64,000 nt of DNA from Klebsormidium nitens (Eukaryota > Plantae > Klebsormidiophyceae), in the NCBI GenBank assembly GCA_000708835.1, contig DF237051.1:124001-188000 (forward strand), given 5' to 3'. This document shows, piece after piece, positions 62,101-64,000 of the stretch. The notes beneath the pieces were generated by a model. The model was not told where the DNA came from. It made no database searches and worked only from the letters and a program-made list of their open reading frames with translations. Within the stretch, counting starts at the first letter, position 1. Each line of letters starts with the position of its first letter. Position numbers and translations under genes: made by a program.

Positions 62101-64000
62101 GAGCAAGCATAGTGAGCGCACTGGCAAACTTTGAAAAGAGAGTGGCAGAAGAGAGTTGCATGTATGGACGACCCTTTTCCGCCGCCCTGAGACTTCAGCA
62201 GCACTCAGTGTGCTTTCTCTGATTGACGCCCATTTTCAAGATGCACAGAGACTTGGGTGCCCCAAAACGAGGAATGTACACAGGGTGTTATCACTACCAG
62301 AGGTTTTGAATCCGTTTTCTATTACGGTCCTTTTCGAGCATTTGCCAAGGTGCGGGTCAAATAGGAGGCCGCACGCAAAGTGGGCGAGTATAAAACCCGA
62401 CTGTCTTCCCCGTACGAATTCAATAGCAATGTTGAACTCGTTTTTAGTCTGTGCACTCCTGTGGATAAGACGCCGCAACCACTTACGGGGATGAGAACCT
62501 TCTCCTTAGTGTGTGTATACATGGCCACTTCTGCGTGGTCTTCCCCTCGGTGCTCTATGCGGGAGATGCGCAGATTGTTGATCACGTTCTGGATGGCATT
62601 GAAGTCGGCTGCGAAAAAACCCGCCGAGCTTCATCAGATACGCATGGGAGAGCTTATAGAAGCGTCCTTCCGGATGCATGCGCAGGGTGTTGAATACGTT
62701 CGTAAGGTGTTTGCTTGGAATGCACAGCGCTTCACTGTGTACGTATTGGCCGCATTTGTTCGAACGTGTTGATTCTCCGACTGACAAGTCGCAATTGGTC
62801 GTCCCCTCGGCAATGGATTGCGCTGCCCCTCCTTCCTTCAAAGCTTGGTGTGAAAGGATCAGTACTCCACTTTCAGCGCCAGCCAGATCCTTGGAGATTG
62901 TTGCCAAATCGAACGAGAAAGAAGCGGATGAAGTGAGTGCTCTGAGATGCTCACACCCAGGCGTGGCGGTGAGAGCGAGGATGCGGTACCGCGCCCTTAT
63001 GCTCTCCATCTGCGGACGACAAAGTGACGCTAAAATAAGAAATTGGCCAATACTGTAAACCCTTGCAGAAATGCCTCGTACGCTTGTTCTCGATTACTCA
63101 ACCACGCGACTTCACCACAGTGCTGAGCGGTTGTGCAACCAGCTTTCAAAAGCGGTTATCAGTGAAGCTCTTGAATCCTCTGCTAGCCCCTCGGCAGTCC
63201 TGATCCTGAGACACGGAGTCTGTTAAGGCAGGAGAAGTATGCCGTCAATCGGTAGGAAGCAGCAATCACGATACTTGCGCAGATACTTGTTGTCAGACAA
63301 AGGTTAAGCTTCAAAGCGATTGCTACTTAGAAAGGCCTCACCTCTCGGATGATGTTGCAGTAGGAGTGGTTTCCGGTGGCTCTGTGCGCTTCGTCGATGA
63401 CTATCAGAACGACGGACTCGCGAGGACAAATGCCTGCAGTCAGAGAAGAGATTTGTTGGCGTTCTAAAGAGAGTCTGAGAATCAAGAGAAACTGTCATAG
63501 AACGAGACTGGCATAGCACTGGCGTGGTGGCCAAGCGACAGAGTGTTCATCGTTGCTGTGGTTGATGAGAGCAGAATATGCATCGTCTCAGGTCTAATGC
63601 TTCTTAATGTGAGGGTTCATCACGAGTATTTGGACGACGGATGCATTCTCGGCCTTGTTGCACGCACAGGGATACTCGTTAGCTTCGGAAGCTGCGAATT
63701 CATTCACACCTCAAAGAAATCCTGCAAACTGCTTAGGGTCGAGATGAGTCGTCGACCAGTTGTTCACCCCTCTTCGACGGAGCACTCAGCACCCAATTGA
63801 AGTCCAACCCTTACTTTCTAAGTCGGGAATGTTGACCAGTTGCAAATCCCCACTTCAGGGCCAGGTAATCGGAACACAGACTGATTCAAAACCCTGGAAA
63901 CGGCAACAAGTTGCGGACAAGAAAGAGTTCGTGGCCAGACGATGCTCGCCTGTGTACAGGTCTTGCTCCAGGGTTTGCGGCGTGAGGAAGAAGACGCGCT
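50107..64000 (-). CDS. FANCM: Fanconi anemia group M DEAH-box translocase (FANCM/Mph1); 5' end off the right edge
   Basis: Helicase motifs [66 protein letters not shown] and [10 protein letters not shown]-terminal blocks [32 protein letters not shown] and PSFDLG. Exons: 63950-64000, 63342-63433, 62955-63009, 62487-62608, 61937-62050, 61232-61428, 60541-60732, 60067-60137, 59789-59838, 59267-59432, 58787-58911, 54170-58433, 52566-53639, 52168-52234, 51522-51683, 50107-51010. Confidence 0.94.
54320..54800 (-). repeat. In-frame coding tandem repeat in FANCM: four similar 108-111-bp units plus a diverged fifth
   Basis: GGGCGACC anchors at 54330, 54441, 54549, 54657 and about 54780. Encodes WSP(V/I)[32 protein letters not shown]. 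Confidence 0.9.
57606..57671 (-). repeat. 24-bp coding minisatellite in FANCM, about three copies (SVRMQRxE)
   Basis: CTCTGCATTCGGACGCTTTC-like unit repeated; protein [22 protein letters not shown]. Confidence 0.85.
58912..59266 (-). other. U12-type (minor spliceosome) AT-AC intron in FANCM
   Basis: Donor ATATCCTCC, branch point TCCTTGAC at 58931-58924, terminal AC. No usable AG precedes the next exon. Splicing restores [12 protein letters not shown]. Confidence 0.85.

Overview
Eukaryotic, intron-rich, GC-rich-exon DNA. The gene content (flagellar IFT172, plant-type sterol C-5 desaturase, ornithine decarboxylase) points to a streptophyte green alga such as Klebsormidium; this is inference. 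Left to right: IFT172 (minus strand, 3' end off-window); STE1/DWF7 (plus, head-to-head with IFT172); a frameshift-split F-box/LRR gene; ODC (minus); an unknown multi-exon gene; a tandem array of five F-box-like genes, at least two damaged; two paralogous small Cys-rich ORFs, one interrupted by a 776-bp non-autonomous CACTA/CMC-like transposon; and FANCM (minus, 5' end off-window) with a U12-type AT-AC intron and a 4.26-kb exon. The most striking unexplained structure is pervasive 'exon-edge echoing': introns of four unrelated genes hold decayed tandem copies of the neighbouring exon edge, often with its splice site, in ladders spaced about 125-200 bp apart. Exon boundaries were read by eye from splice motifs and phase consistency. 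No RNA genes or CRISPR arrays were found.
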